From NCBI GenBank assembly GCA_949292205.1, contig CASEYR010000001.1, positions 155,530-219,529 on the forward strand: a DNA stretch of 64,000 nucleotides. The letters run 5' to 3'. This document shows, in pieces, positions 30,755 to 40,942 of this stretch. The translations under genes and the position numbers were made by a program. Each line of letters opens with the position of its first letter. The first letter of the stretch is position 1. Below the pieces are notes generated by a model. The model worked only from the letters and a program-made list of their open reading frames with translations. It was not told where the DNA came from and made no database searches. The stretch is from an uncultured Alphaproteobacteria bacterium. GTDB lineage: Bacteria; Pseudomonadota; Alphaproteobacteria; CAAHEQ01; UBA3637.

Positions 30755-31609
30755 TTAATCTTCCAAGTCTTCCTGAATGGCGTATCCGCCGATTCGTCGC
30801 ATCATCTGAATATCATTTTTATGTCGTGCTTGGAATAAAATCATACGATCATCTTCCATTGTAACATATCCATGTAATTCTATGGCAAACAAATAAATCC
30901 GAGACAAATTATATGCCGGCCAAACTCCATCTACGGTAAAACCAACGTCTTCTAATAGCTTTTTTAAAGATGCCATACTAGTTTGACAAGACATTTCTAT
31001 TGCAAACAGCGATTTATCATTGCCCGTCGATTCAGCGGGAACGGTTGAAACAACAAAAGCCTCATTACTATGCAAATAATCCTTTGTTTTACCAAAAGGA
31101 AGTCGTGCCACAATCGCTAGATGCTTGTGCTCCGGAGAAGATAGCGCCGTCCACCATGAATCCTCAGATTGTTCAAACAAAGGTAAGACAGCTACACCTG
31201 CCCCCTTTGTGCTAATCTTTTGAATAGCCTGTGCCGTTGAAATACAGGATAAGTAACTAGCATCTGACCCAAAGTAGTTTTTAGCTAAATCCATCATCTC
31301 GTGCGATCGCTCTTTCGTGTAAACGGCAATACTAAATGGATGACACATCTGAGCCCCTGCCGAGATAATTTCACGCCAAATCTGAACTAGAGCACGTGAA
31401 CGAATAAACTTTTGTTTCTGCTTGAGAAGACGCCTTAAACTGAGCGCTTCACGATCAGGATCATATGATAACGTCCCTTTCGGCAGATGACGTGTTGCAT
31501 ACAATTTCTCACTAACCCGAAAACGGTCCTCTAATGCTTTCAGAATAGAAGCATCAATTTCATCCATTTGCTTTAAAAGAGAGTCAACAGATTTTCGGGT
31601 GTCCGTCAT
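30755..31609 (-). CDS. Chorismate mutase fused to a prephenate dehydratase-like domain
   Basis: MDEIDxxILxxLxxR, PDREA, IWREIIS and RIGGYA. Confidence 0.8.
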   Translation of the reverse strand: MTDTRKSVDSLLKQMDEIDASILKALEDRFRVSEKLYATRHLPKGTLSYDPDREALSLRRLLKQKQKFIRSRALVQIWREIISAGAQMCHPFSIAVYTKERSHEMMDLAKNYFGSDASYLSCISTAQAIQKISTKGAGVAVLPLFEQSEDSWWTALSSPEHKHLAIVARLPFGKTKDYLHSNEAFVVSTVPAESTGNDKSLFAIEMSCQTSMASLKKLLEDVGFTVDGVWPAYNLSRIYLFAIELHGYVTMEDDRMILFQARHKNDIQMMRRIGGYAIQEDLED

Positions 31610-31610
31610 C

Positions 31611-32054
31611 TTAATTCCCCTTTAAATTACGAGACATAGAGATATCAATTAAAATCGCTGTCGTTGTATCCGTTTCAGAAGTTAACCGAATCGTAGCAAT
31701 TCGATTATCTTTTAAAAATGTCAGAAAACTGTTATCCGAACGAACCGCTGTCATTTCTCGCCAACCGGTTTTCGGCATCTCTTGCAAATAAAAATCAAAT
31801 AATCCCGATTGCGCATATGGTGCCGAAAAAACCAAACGACCAATAAGTGGCTCACTACCAAATAATAAGGTCTTTTTGGAATCCATAATCGCTTTTTCCG
31901 GAACCGGAATCTCGTGTAATTGAGCGTAATTCGGAGCCGTCAAATTGCTTGAAAGATAAGTATCCGAAAAATCCGCTCGTTCATCGGAAGTAGAACAACC
32001 CGCCACCGCAACTGTTATTATTAATCCTAAACAAAAAGTAATTATCTCTTTCAT
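31611..32054 (-). CDS. Lipoprotein
   Basis: Lipobox VAGC. Confidence 0.7.
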   Translation of the reverse strand: MKEIITFCLGLIITVAVAGCSTSDERADFSDTYLSSNLTAPNYAQLHEIPVPEKAIMDSKKTLLFGSEPLIGRLVFSAPYAQSGLFDFYLQEMPKTGWREMTAVRSDNSFLTFLKDNRIATIRLTSETDTTTAILIDISMSRNLKGN

Positions 32055-32131
32055 GTATCTCCTTTCTGGTTTTACTCAGAATAATACTTTTCTCAATAAA
32101 GCGCAAGAAAAAACAAATTCTTCAGATCGTC

Positions 32132-33520
32132 CTATTTCTTATTTTTCTTTTGCCATTTCGGTATCCTTGGTTTGTCTGCATATGGATTTTCACGTTTACG
32201 CATATGAATGCGAATAGGAACTCCGACTAATCCAAACTGTTCTCGAATACCGTTTGATAAGTACCGTAAATACGATTCGGGCAGCTGATCCGGATTACTT
32301 GAAAAAATAACAAATGTCGGAGGACGCGCATTAACCTGTGTCATATACTTCATCGGAATACGACGACCATTTCGAGCAACCGGCGTTGGATGAGCCTCTG
32401 TCATTCGCTTTAAAAAGTCATTCATTTTATGAGTCGATACGCGCTTATTCCATAACTTATAAATATGGAAAACAGACGTCATCATAGGCTCAATTCCGTA
32501 TCCGGTTTTTGCCGAAATTGTTACAATCGGTAATCCTTTGACTTGTTGCAAAGAACTTTCCATTTTTTCCTTTAAATCAGAAAGCACTTGCCTTTGATTT
32601 TTGACCGAATCCCACTTATTTAAAGCGATAATTAACCCTCGCCCTTCATCCAATACTTTAGAAGCTATCATTAAATCCTGACGTTCCATCGGTTGATTGG
32701 CATCTAAAACTAAAACAACAACCTCGGCAAAATCTATTGTATTACGCGTATCCGCTGCCGAAATTTTTTCCAAATCATCTTCTACTTTACCATACTTACG
32801 TAATCCTGCTGTGTCGGTTAATAAAATCTGATTTCCTTTCCATTCCCAAGGAATGGTAATCGCATCACGCGTTACACCGGCTTCGGGACCAGTCAACAAC
32901 CGCTCCTTTCCTAACAACCGATTAATCAATGTTGATTTTCCGACATTCGGACGACCGACAATAGCCAGTTTTAGCGGTCTGTTTTTAGGAGAATCATCTG
33001 ATTCTTGTTCTCCCTCTTCTACTTTTTTTTCAACTTTTGGAAACAAAGGTTTTAAAAGCGCATATAGCTCTTTCATACCCAATCCATGCTCGGCAGAAAC
33101 AGCCAAGGGATCGCCTAGCCCCAACCGATAGAAATCTGCCAACATATGCTGTTGCATTTTTCCTTCACACTTATTTGCCAACAAAAAAACAGGCTTGTCA
33201 ACTTGGCGCAACTGATTAGCTAGCCGTGCGTCTAAACGCGTCATCTCGCCACGAGCATCAACCACCATTAAAATAATATCTGCCTCAGCCATAGCCATCT
33301 CTGTCTGTCGCCACATCGCCTCTGCCAACGATGTTGTTTCTTCTAACCCTGCCGTATCAATCAGACGAAAAGATAAATCTGATAAAGTGGCTTCGGCCTC
33401 TTTTCTATCTCGCGTTACACCGGGGCGATCATGAACGATTGCTAAACGCCGTCCACACAATCGATTAAATAAAGTTGACTTTCCAACATTCGTCCGTCCG
33501 ACAATCGCAATTGTTTTCAT
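32132..33520 (-). CDS. der: Ribosome biogenesis GTPase Der
   Basis: Two GRxNVGKSTL / GVTRD / DTAG domains. Confidence 0.97.
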   Translation of the reverse strand: MKTIAIVGRTNVGKSTLFNRLCGRRLAIVHDRPGVTRDRKEAEATLSDLSFRLIDTAGLEETTSLAEAMWRQTEMAMAEADIILMVVDARGEMTRLDARLANQLRQVDKPVFLLANKCEGKMQQHMLADFYRLGLGDPLAVSAEHGLGMKELYALLKPLFPKVEKKVEEGEQESDDSPKNRPLKLAIVGRPNVGKSTLINRLLGKERLLTGPEAGVTRDAITIPWEWKGNQILLTDTAGLRKYGKVEDDLEKISAADTRNTIDFAEVVVLVLDANQPMERQDLMIASKVLDEGRGLIIALNKWDSVKNQRQVLSDLKEKMESSLQQVKGLPIVTISAKTGYGIEPMMTSVFHIYKLWNKRVSTHKMNDFLKRMTEAHPTPVARNGRRIPMKYMTQVNARPPTFVIFSSNPDQLPESYLRYLSNGIREQFGLVGVPIRIHMRKRENPYADKPRIPKWQKKNKK

Positions 33521-33529
33521 TTTTTTATC

Positions 33530-34795
33530 CTATTCATAAAAAAGCATATCACCGTCTTGGGTTGTTAAAATCAGAGCACCGTTTGCCGTAATAGCCTCAC
33601 CGAACAAAGCCTCTTGCTTATCTCGGCGAACTTCTTTCCCTGATTCTAAATCAAAAAAAACGACATCTCCTGATGATGATGTAACAACAGCATTATCACC
33701 AACCAATAAAGGCCCCTTCCAAACCATTTGTTTATCCGTTCCGAATAACTTTGTCTTCCAATAAATGTGACCTGTTTTTTTATCCAACGCCATTAATTCA
33801 TCTTGATTGGAAATCATCAGTAAAACATTTCCCGAAACGACAGGTGTTTCACGTCCCCCAACCTCAGCTGTAAATATGGATTGACCGTTTGACAGACGGT
33901 AGGCCCCAGTCTTACCGGCATTGCCGACAATATATACAATCCCGTTTTCAATAACCGGAGATGCCGTTACATGAGGCAAATCTAAGAACGGATTAAAAGT
34001 TCTTGCAGTCCACATTGTTTCCGTCCAAAGCATTACACCGGTTTCTATATCAAAAGCATTAACACGACCGCTTGTTGTCGGCATCACAACGACAGAACGG
34101 CTAATTGCCGGCACTCCCATTCCAAAAAAGTTTGTTGTTGTCGGCTCCCCTTTGTATTGCCACAAATCAGAACCATCAGATACCTTCAAAACAAATAAAT
34201 CATTATTGATAGATGAAACAAACAGCTTTCCTTTGTAAACAATCGGAGCTGAACGTAAAGGAGCATTTAACTCTCTTTTCCAGATAATATCACCTTTCTC
34301 AGAAACGGACACTATTAATCCATTTCCTGCAACTGCGAACAATCGACCGTCATCCCATGCCAATCCAACACTTTTAGATATCGTTCCTATAACTTTTGGT
34401 AACTTTATGCGTTGTATCTGTTTTCCTGTCGATAAATCGGTTACTTGCAGATTAAATGAACTATCTAAAGTATAAACTCGCCCACCAGCAACAACCGGAG
34501 TGGCTATTGTAACGGCATCTGATTCAACACCATCTCCAATAGAAACAGAGCGTGTCAATTTCAAATCATCAGACAAAAGAACTCTGCCACGATTATTAGC
34601 AGCATTCCCATAAGCCATTGGCCATGATTGACGAGCCAACGCCTTGGACAAATTCATACGCATCGATGTCGTAACGGGAGTAGCCTCTTGAGTAAAAACA
34701 ACACTTTGTCTACCTTCGGTCGGTGCGATTGCTCCTTTGTTTGAGCATGCCGACAGAAAAAGAGATAAACACAGGATTGTTGCTAATCGTTTCAT
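33530..34795 (-). CDS. PQQ-repeat beta-propeller lipoprotein (BamB-like)
   Basis: Lipobox LSAC; propeller repeats; yfgM-bamB-der synteny. Confidence 0.85.
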   Translation of the reverse strand: MKRLATILCLSLFLSACSNKGAIAPTEGRQSVVFTQEATPVTTSMRMNLSKALARQSWPMAYGNAANNRGRVLLSDDLKLTRSVSIGDGVESDAVTIATPVVAGGRVYTLDSSFNLQVTDLSTGKQIQRIKLPKVIGTISKSVGLAWDDGRLFAVAGNGLIVSVSEKGDIIWKRELNAPLRSAPIVYKGKLFVSSINNDLFVLKVSDGSDLWQYKGEPTTTNFFGMGVPAISRSVVVMPTTSGRVNAFDIETGVMLWTETMWTARTFNPFLDLPHVTASPVIENGIVYIVGNAGKTGAYRLSNGQSIFTAEVGGRETPVVSGNVLLMISNQDELMALDKKTGHIYWKTKLFGTDKQMVWKGPLLVGDNAVVTSSSGDVVFFDLESGKEVRRDKQEALFGEAITANGALILTTQDGDMLFYE

Positions 34796-35493
34796 TAAGA
34801 TCTAATCTCCATCAATAATCCGTTTAGTCGCTGTTTTGTTGGGGAGGAAATCTGTTTTTTTAGGGCTTCTTCTAGTACCTGAATGGCTTTTTCCGTTTGA
34901 TTTTCCCGAATATATAATAATGCCGATAACTCTGCCGCCGAAACCGAAAAGTCGTTATCACTTCTCATCATTGGCTGTAACATACTTTGTAATTTAGAGG
35001 CATCTCCACTCTCTAACTGATGTCCGACAACAGCTAGAGTCGCTGTGTAGCGTAATTGAATCGGTGCTTTTTCATTACTTGCTAATGCAGATAAAATAGA
35101 TAAGGCTTCATCTTGCCGATTAGATGCTAACAAAATACCCGCCGCTTCCATTTGAGCCAAATACTGATATCCCGTTTTTCCTTCTTCTGAAAGCAATTTC
35201 AACTGGGTAATTGCTTCCTCAGGCTTACCGGTATAAGCCGAAAACAATGCATTTTCATATTGATCCGACTCCCCCAATCGAACTTTTTGCCACCAAGAAC
35301 GATGAACTTCATATCCTATTGTCGCCAGTAAAACTGCAGTTATACCACCAATAATTACGAATCGATATTTCTGCCAAAATTGTATCAATTTTTCTTGTTG
35401 CAGTTCTTCATCTACCTCACGTTCAAAAATACGTTGTTGAATCTTCTCAACTTCATTTAGGGCAGTATTTGTTTTATTTTGTTCTTTTTTCAT
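34795..35493 (-). CDS. YfgM-like TPR membrane protein
   Basis: FEREVDEEL...W, one TM helix, TPR-like helices; synteny. Confidence 0.8.
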   Translation of the reverse strand: MKKEQNKTNTALNEVEKIQQRIFEREVDEELQQEKLIQFWQKYRFVIIGGITAVLLATIGYEVHRSWWQKVRLGESDQYENALFSAYTGKPEEAITQLKLLSEEGKTGYQYLAQMEAAGILLASNRQDEALSILSALASNEKAPIQLRYTATLAVVGHQLESGDASKLQSMLQPMMRSDNDFSVSAAELSALLYIRENQTEKAIQVLEEALKKQISSPTKQRLNGLLMEIRS

Positions 35494-35562
35494 GACTCAT
35501 TTCCTTTTTTTACATAACAGATGCTTGTCTTATAGCAAAAAAGCAACCATTTCGCAACGTTT

Positions 35563-36357
35563 TTATTTTTCTTTTTTCGGTAATTTACCTAAAATCGGCA
35601 AAATGATAGCTGTCGGCAAAATATTTCCCAACCATGCTCCGAAAGCCATTACGAACGGAAATGCCAAAACGGCCGGATTACGTGTCAATCTTCTACGAAT
35701 GATTTGGGCTGCTTTTGAAGCCTTCATTAAAAATGGCATATAAAATTCATTTTTATCCGTTAAAGGTGTTTCTATAAATCCAGGACAAATAACAGTTACT
35801 TTGATGTTATAGGGTGTTAGAGTTCCTCTTAACGCCTCACCCCACGCTTTGACACAAGCCTTGGACGCAGAATAAGCCGGGCAACTGGACATTCCGCGAT
35901 AACCGGCCATAGAACTGACAATTGCTATTTGTCCGGCCCCGCCTTGCTTCATCAGGTCTATCGTCGGCAAGACCGTATTCACTACCCCAAAGATATTCGT
36001 CCCGAAAATTGTCCGTGTACACCCTCCATTCTCCGGCGTTCCCAAAACTCCGCCTGAAACACCGGCATTTGCAATTACCAACTCTATCGGGCGAATCGCA
36101 TAAGCTTGCTCTAACGCTGTTTTAGTGGCTTCTTCATCAGTTACATCAAAAGCAAATGTATAGACTTCAGATCCTTTATCACGACATATGTCTGCTGTTT
36201 GATTCAATCGATCGCGACTTCTGCCACATAAAAATAATGTTATTCCTTTATCCGCATAAGCTGTGGCCAGCTCTCGACCAATACCGCTGGATGCCCCTGT
36301 AATAAAGATAGACTGCGGCTTTTTATAACAGTCGGGATGAACAATCTTTTGAGTCAT
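35563..36357 (-). CDS. SDR family oxidoreductase
   Basis: TGASSGIG, NAG and YSASK motifs. Confidence 0.92.
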   Translation of the reverse strand: MTQKIVHPDCYKKPQSIFITGASSGIGRELATAYADKGITLFLCGRSRDRLNQTADICRDKGSEVYTFAFDVTDEEATKTALEQAYAIRPIELVIANAGVSGGVLGTPENGGCTRTIFGTNIFGVVNTVLPTIDLMKQGGAGQIAIVSSMAGYRGMSSCPAYSASKACVKAWGEALRGTLTPYNIKVTVICPGFIETPLTDKNEFYMPFLMKASKAAQIIRRRLTRNPAVLAFPFVMAFGAWLGNILPTAIILPILGKLPKKEK

Positions 36358-36400
36358 AATGGTCTCCTTAAAAAAATTTAAAAATCTTTCATTTTTTCTC

Positions 36401-36428
36401 TTGACAATTTATTCTAAATGAGTATAAT
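36401..36428 (+). promoter_or_regulatory. Sigma70 promoter of tRNA-Leu
   Basis: TTGACA-16 bp-TATAAT. Confidence 0.75.
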
Positions 36429-36454
36429 GCAAATGTCTAGCAAAAAAAACACAT

Positions 36455-36541
36455 GCCTCTGTGGCGAAATTGGTAGACGCGACAGACTCAAAATCTGTTG
36501 ATGGCAACATCATGCTGGTTCAAGTCCGGCCAGAGGTACCA
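36455..36541 (+). tRNA. tRNA-Leu(CAA)
   Basis: ACAGA-CTCAAAA-TCTGT anticodon arm, long variable arm, GGTTCAAGTCC T arm and encoded CCA. Confidence 0.95.
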
Positions 36542-36767
36542 AAACATACAACCGTTTCGATTGGGATGGTTTTTTTGTTGTTTTGCAAGTGTTTGTATGG
36601 GTTCGATGAACACCCCTTTCGAAAGTGCTAAATTTCGTAAATCATCGAACTCTTAAAATTAAATCCATTATCCATCAATAGCTTGAAAAAGTTTCAAGTC
36701 CGATAAAGGTTCCAAGAATTAACAGAAACTTGAAATAAAAAAAGACCGAATCAATATTGTATATGAC

Positions 36768-37493
36768 TTATTTATAAATATGAACGGCATAAAATAAATT
36801 AATATCCATAGAGGATATTTTAAATGGCCACCACTTTTCTTGTCGATTCGGAAAAGCATAACGGATAATGGCTATTAAATTATTAATGGCATTTACATGT
36901 TCTAAAGCCATAAATAAATCATATTCTTGCAACCCATTTGTATGTGCACGGTTTCTGGCTGATACAAAACGTCCAAAACGCCAGGCAACACCCGGATCAC
37001 ATGGTAATAAAATAGAGATAACTCCCCCCGGCTTTAAAACGCGATTCCATTCTTTTAAAACTTGCTCTGGGTGGTGGAGATGTTCTAAGACATGGGCAGC
37101 AATCAAACGATCAACACTATCATTTTCAAAAGGAAGTTCCGTGTTACCCTGTTCACATAATTGAATCTCAACTTTGGGAAAAGTCTTCTTTTGTAAATGA
37201 GAAATAACCTCTTTGTTAGAATCTGTCATAATATACTTTGAATATGTATGCCTGACAAACGGCAAATGGTGACCCAATCCAGCACCTATTTCTAAAACAG
37301 TTTCAAATTTATCTTTTTCACCAAAAGCCGATTCCAATAATTTATGAGACTGACGCATACAAAAAGGCATCAAGCCTTTTCCATAAACAGCCTCATTATA
37401 GCCATTAGCGTAATAATCTGTAAAGTCTGGAAATTCTTTCATGTTATTCTCTTTATTCATTCTAATTACTCTGCTTAGAGATGAGTACTTCAT
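36768..37493 (-). CDS. Class I SAM-dependent methyltransferase
   Basis: VLEIGAGLG, LPFENDSVD, HVLEHL and RVLKPGG; the true start may be 37460 or 37442. Confidence 0.9.
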   Translation of the reverse strand: MKYSSLSRVIRMNKENNMKEFPDFTDYYANGYNEAVYGKGLMPFCMRQSHKLLESAFGEKDKFETVLEIGAGLGHHLPFVRHTYSKYIMTDSNKEVISHLQKKTFPKVEIQLCEQGNTELPFENDSVDRLIAAHVLEHLHHPEQVLKEWNRVLKPGGVISILLPCDPGVAWRFGRFVSARNRAHTNGLQEYDLFMALEHVNAINNLIAIIRYAFPNRQEKWWPFKISSMDINLFYAVHIYK

Positions 37494-37551
37494 CCCCGAT
37501 GCTCAATTATATTTTTCCCCTGTTTCAATTAGATACCTTTTCTGATTTGAC

Positions 37552-37648
37552 ATAAACTTCCACTCGCTAACGCAAGTGGTGTTATCTGTTCCGAACGACG
37601 TTCGCCCAGCCCAAAAGCTTCGCAAGCCTAACGGCTGGGCTGGTATGT
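37552..37648 (-). repeat. Dispersed hairpin-rich intergenic element, copy 3 (5'-truncated)
   Basis: Reverse complement matches the 3' part of copy 1 but lacks its 9-nt tandem duplication. Confidence 0.9.
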
Positions 37649-38188
37649 TAAAACATCATAAGATAAGATGGATCATGTCTCTTTTGACTCCTCATGATTG
37701 ATGGTTTAAATTAAATATAGAAATGAGTATATAAATACTTTTTTTAAAATGCAAGCAAAAAGTATTATCTCCTTATTTTTAGAGTTTTCAATGACATTGA
37801 TTAAAAACACGCGGTACATCCCTATACAATATCCTTTAAAGGTATATCCATAGCGTTATAGATATAAAGTTTTACAAAAATAAATATTAAAAAACTCCAA
37901 AAGAGTATCTTTTTCGTTTTTCAGGAAAGATGATTATAAGGAGATTTACGAATTGTGATACCCGTTAAAATCAATCCGAAATGGTTTTTTTTATTGTTTT
38001 ACAATTGGTTGTGTGGATTCGATAATTACCCTTGTAGAAAGAGTATATAGCTGTAAATTATCAAACTTTTGGGGTGTGTTTTTTGTAAAAAAATAAGTGG
38101 GATTAGCTTAAAAAAGTTGATATTTTTTTTATTTCTTGTTAAAATTGACTACCAAGATTTTATTACATCAAATATCACAAGAGGCACT

Positions 38189-38370
38189 ATGAACCATTGG
38201 ACAGAACTAAGTATTGAATACGCAAATCAGAAAAGTTACTTAGATGATCTTTTCTCTGTTTATCCAACTATTCCAAAGGGTATTAGGGATATTAACCAGT
38301 TGATGTGGAACAAAGTTGAAACTTTTGTAATGAACGGAATAATGAGGAACTTGTAACTTCTTGTCATAAG
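38189..38370 (+). pseudogene. Truncated gene fragment, possibly a Tsp45I-like type II restriction endonuclease
   Basis: MNHWTELSIEYANQKSYLDDLFSVYPTIP resembles that family's N-terminus (from memory); the frame closes after about 55 codons. Confidence 0.45.
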
Positions 38371-38540
38371 GGCAGGTTTAGATGAATTGTTCAAATTGTG
38401 ATTGAAAGGAAAGGCTTTCAATTAAACGATATAAATCATCAATTTCTTTGAAATGATTAGCTCGGTATTCGCAAAGCACGCTGTACCAAAAATTGTAACC
38501 ACTCGTTCAGAGTGGTTTTTTTGTATTAGTTGGATATCTG

Positions 38541-38608
38541 GTGACATACTACCGCTTGGATTCTAGTGACATACTACCGCTTGGATTCTGGTGACATACT
38601 ACCGCTTG
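38541..38608 (+). repeat. 25-bp tandem repeat, about 2.7 copies
   Basis: GTGACATACTACCGCTTGGATTCT(A/G) at 38541, 38566 and 38591 (partial). Confidence 0.92.
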
Positions 38609-38903
38609 CCACATCTATATAAAAGGAATCTTTTGACAATCTATTTCCTTAACACCCCATTTCCTTGATTCCGTTGCCCAATTGGCTGACGTTAAGTTAA
38701 TATCTTTTGATTAACTATTATTAAGCAGAATTTTCATAATCTGCTCTTTTCTGACAAATCGTATTGTTGAAATCCGATCGTTCCATAAAAATGGAACTAT
38801 AACAAATTCTTTTTAATAAATGAATCTAAACATCACAAATCTATTGACTTTCAAAATGGTTTATGACATTATGAAAAAAAGTATTAACGGGGAGTATTTT
38901 GTT

Positions 38904-40322
38904 ATGCGTAAAGAACAAATCAGTATGGAATCCGGACGGAGTATGGTTGAGGTCTTGGGTGTTCTGGCTTTGGTCGGATTACTGACGATTATGGGAATTA
39001 TCGGCATATTCTTTGCCATTGACAAAAATATGGCTAATACCATTGTTCACGATTCAAAAATTGCTTTTATGGAGATGAAAACGCCGTCAACAAAACCCTC
39101 TTTAGAGTGGAGCTCTATTTTATTCCAGCCGGTTTCCCAAAAAACAATGACCGTTCGTCGTGATTTTTTAGGGCGAGATTTTGTAAAAGCCGACAATATA
39201 GACCAAGGCGTTTGTAGACAAATGCTGAGTATGCGGGTTGAAAATGTCTTGAACTTTTACAACTTGGATAATACCGAGATGACTTCGTGTCTTGAAACAA
39301 ATGATATTATTATAGATTGGAATGGATTTGGTCCCCCTGCCGTTTGTCAAACCGTGTCGGATTGCGATGTTCCGAATGAACCGCCTTTTGAAGGAATCTG
39401 CTCTGATCAGGGACAATGCCAAGCTTGCCCCACCTATCAAAAACCAAACGCGAATCGCACAGCGTGTGTTTGTGATCCGGAACAAGCCGTCACTTGCACC
39501 TTAAATCAGGAAAATTGGTGTTGCGGTCCGGATTTGATTTGTGGCGATACTGTCGGCGAATGTATTGAGTCAAACTATACATGTGCCTATAACTTTTACC
39601 CGAACGGAGCACCCGGCACAATCTTTTACACAGATTGTAGTTATGTCGTTTCCGATCAAAACAATGTGTCGGAATATGGCGGGGATTGCACCTATGTCAT
39701 TCAAGAAACCGGAGATTCCAACAAGTGGGTAGACGGCACGGGAACAGAGCAAACGATTTACAAACCAGCCTCCGGCAATCGTTTTGCAACAGCCGGAAAA
39801 GGATGTCCCGCCAATCAATATTGTGCCGTTTTATGGGTTGACGATGACGGCGTTTGGAAGGCCGGTGAAACCAAAACGGCTCCTAACAATGCAACCGGTG
39901 TTTTATGGGGAAAATGTCAAATGTTATCTTCCTATGACCAAACCCCTATCACAAAATACAAAAACGGTTACGGCTTGGTAACGGTTAATCAGGGATGTCC
40001 GGCAGATCAATACTGTGCCGTTTTATGGACGTTACAGGAATGGACACCCGATATACAAACGCCAAAGGCCCCCAATGATGCAACGGGTATTTTATACGGG
40101 CGGTGCCAAATGTTATCTGCCTATGAACAAGAACCGTTATCCAAAAATGAAGCCGGAAACACCCGTTATCAAGTGGTTCAGGGATGTCCCGCCAACACCT
40201 ATTGCTATCTGAATTGGGAAACGGATACCGATTGCACCACCGTTTCCAACGATAAAACAGGGACAATTTATGGGGCCTGTGCCCAACTGAACAGTCGAGG
40301 AACTTGCCCGTATGAGAAATAA
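38904..40322 (+). CDS. Type IV pilin-like, Cys-rich surface protein with three internal repeats
   Basis: ESG|RSMVEVLGVLALVGLL prepilin-like N-terminus; GCPAxxYCxxxW...G..YG.C modules at 39801, 39993 and 40182; GGAG before ATG 38904. Confidence 0.8.
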   Translation: MRKEQISMESGRSMVEVLGVLALVGLLTIMGIIGIFFAIDKNMANTIVHDSKIAFMEMKTPSTKPSLEWSSILFQPVSQKTMTVRRDFLGRDFVKADNIDQGVCRQMLSMRVENVLNFYNLDNTEMTSCLETNDIIIDWNGFGPPAVCQTVSDCDVPNEPPFEGICSDQGQCQACPTYQKPNANRTACVCDPEQAVTCTLNQENWCCGPDLICGDTVGECIESNYTCAYNFYPNGAPGTIFYTDCSYVVSDQNNVSEYGGDCTYVIQETGDSNKWVDGTGTEQTIYKPASGNRFATAGKGCPANQYCAVLWVDDDGVWKAGETKTAPNNATGVLWGKCQMLSSYDQTPITKYKNGYGLVTVNQGCPADQYCAVLWTLQEWTPDIQTPKAPNDATGILYGRCQMLSAYEQEPLSKNEAGNTRYQVVQGCPANTYCYLNWETDTDCTTVSNDKTGTIYGACAQLNSRGTCPYEK

Positions 40323-40710
40323 TGAGGTTCTGCCCATTTACATAGAGGCCTATAACCTAACCCAGGATATTTTTAAGAAAACCGTCAAGTTTCCAAAAGA
40401 ATACAAATTTTTACTGGGAACACAGTTGAACGAGGCATCAATAGAGCTATGCTGCCTGATAACCAACACCGCCAGAGCGGCTCAAAAATCAGTGTTGTTG
40501 GAAGGTATTTTAAACCAGTTGGATAAAATAAAAATTGAATTCAGACTCTGTGCGGATTTTAAACTGTTAAGCAACCAACAACAGGCATCCATAGCCACAC
40601 GTTTAGAGAAAATAACGGGACAAGCGATTGCCTGGTTGAAAAGCGAAAGGAGGAAACAATCCATAACAAGTATGCCGGAGTCAGGAACAACTCCGAGTTA
40701 TCCTGAGTGA
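40312..40710 (+). CDS. avd: DGR accessory variability determinant (four-helix bundle)
   Basis: LPIYxxAYxL...FPKEYKFLLG...W pattern, 132 aa, immediately upstream of the TR. Confidence 0.88.
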   Translation: MRNNEVLPIYIEAYNLTQDIFKKTVKFPKEYKFLLGTQLNEASIELCCLITNTARAAQKSVLLEGILNQLDKIKIEFRLCADFKLLSNQQQASIATRLEKITGQAIAWLKSERRKQSITSMPESGTTPSYPE

Positions 40711-40808
40711 GCATTTTATTTTTTAATTTTAAAAGGGTCGATCACCGCCTTTTGATGGTAAACACAATAGAATCGACTGGTACCTTGGGCGAAGTCCCGA
40801 AAACAGGG

Positions 40809-40917
40809 CGTGCCCAGTGCAAATAATGCATATAACGTGAATCTTTCTTCCGGTGCGGTCAACAACAACAATCGTGACAACAACAACACCGCCCTCTGCG
40901 TTGGATTCTGAGCTTTT
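40809..40917 (+). ncRNA. DGR template repeat (TR)
   Basis: 109 bp with 11 AAY triplets; matches the VR except at adenines. Confidence 0.96.
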
Positions 40918-40942
40918 GAAATTAAAATAGCATGATATTATT

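Noticed and set aside
36599..36652. Inverted repeat GTTCGATGA...TCATCGAAC after tRNA-Leu as an ncRNA
   Set aside because: Single copy with no recognisable family motif or covariation evidence.
36693..36714. TTCAAGTCCG...GGTTCCA as an att copy of the tRNA-Leu 3' end
   Set aside because: Only 10 bp are contiguous and identical, about 150 bp from the tRNA; too weak to call.
38541..38608. Possible CRISPR array
   Set aside because: The 25-bp units abut with no spacers, and there are no cas genes in the window.
39801..40290. Internal repeats of the pilin-like gene as a second TR/VR pair
   Set aside because: Differences between the repeats are not adenine-specific, include indels, and the repeats do not match the TR.
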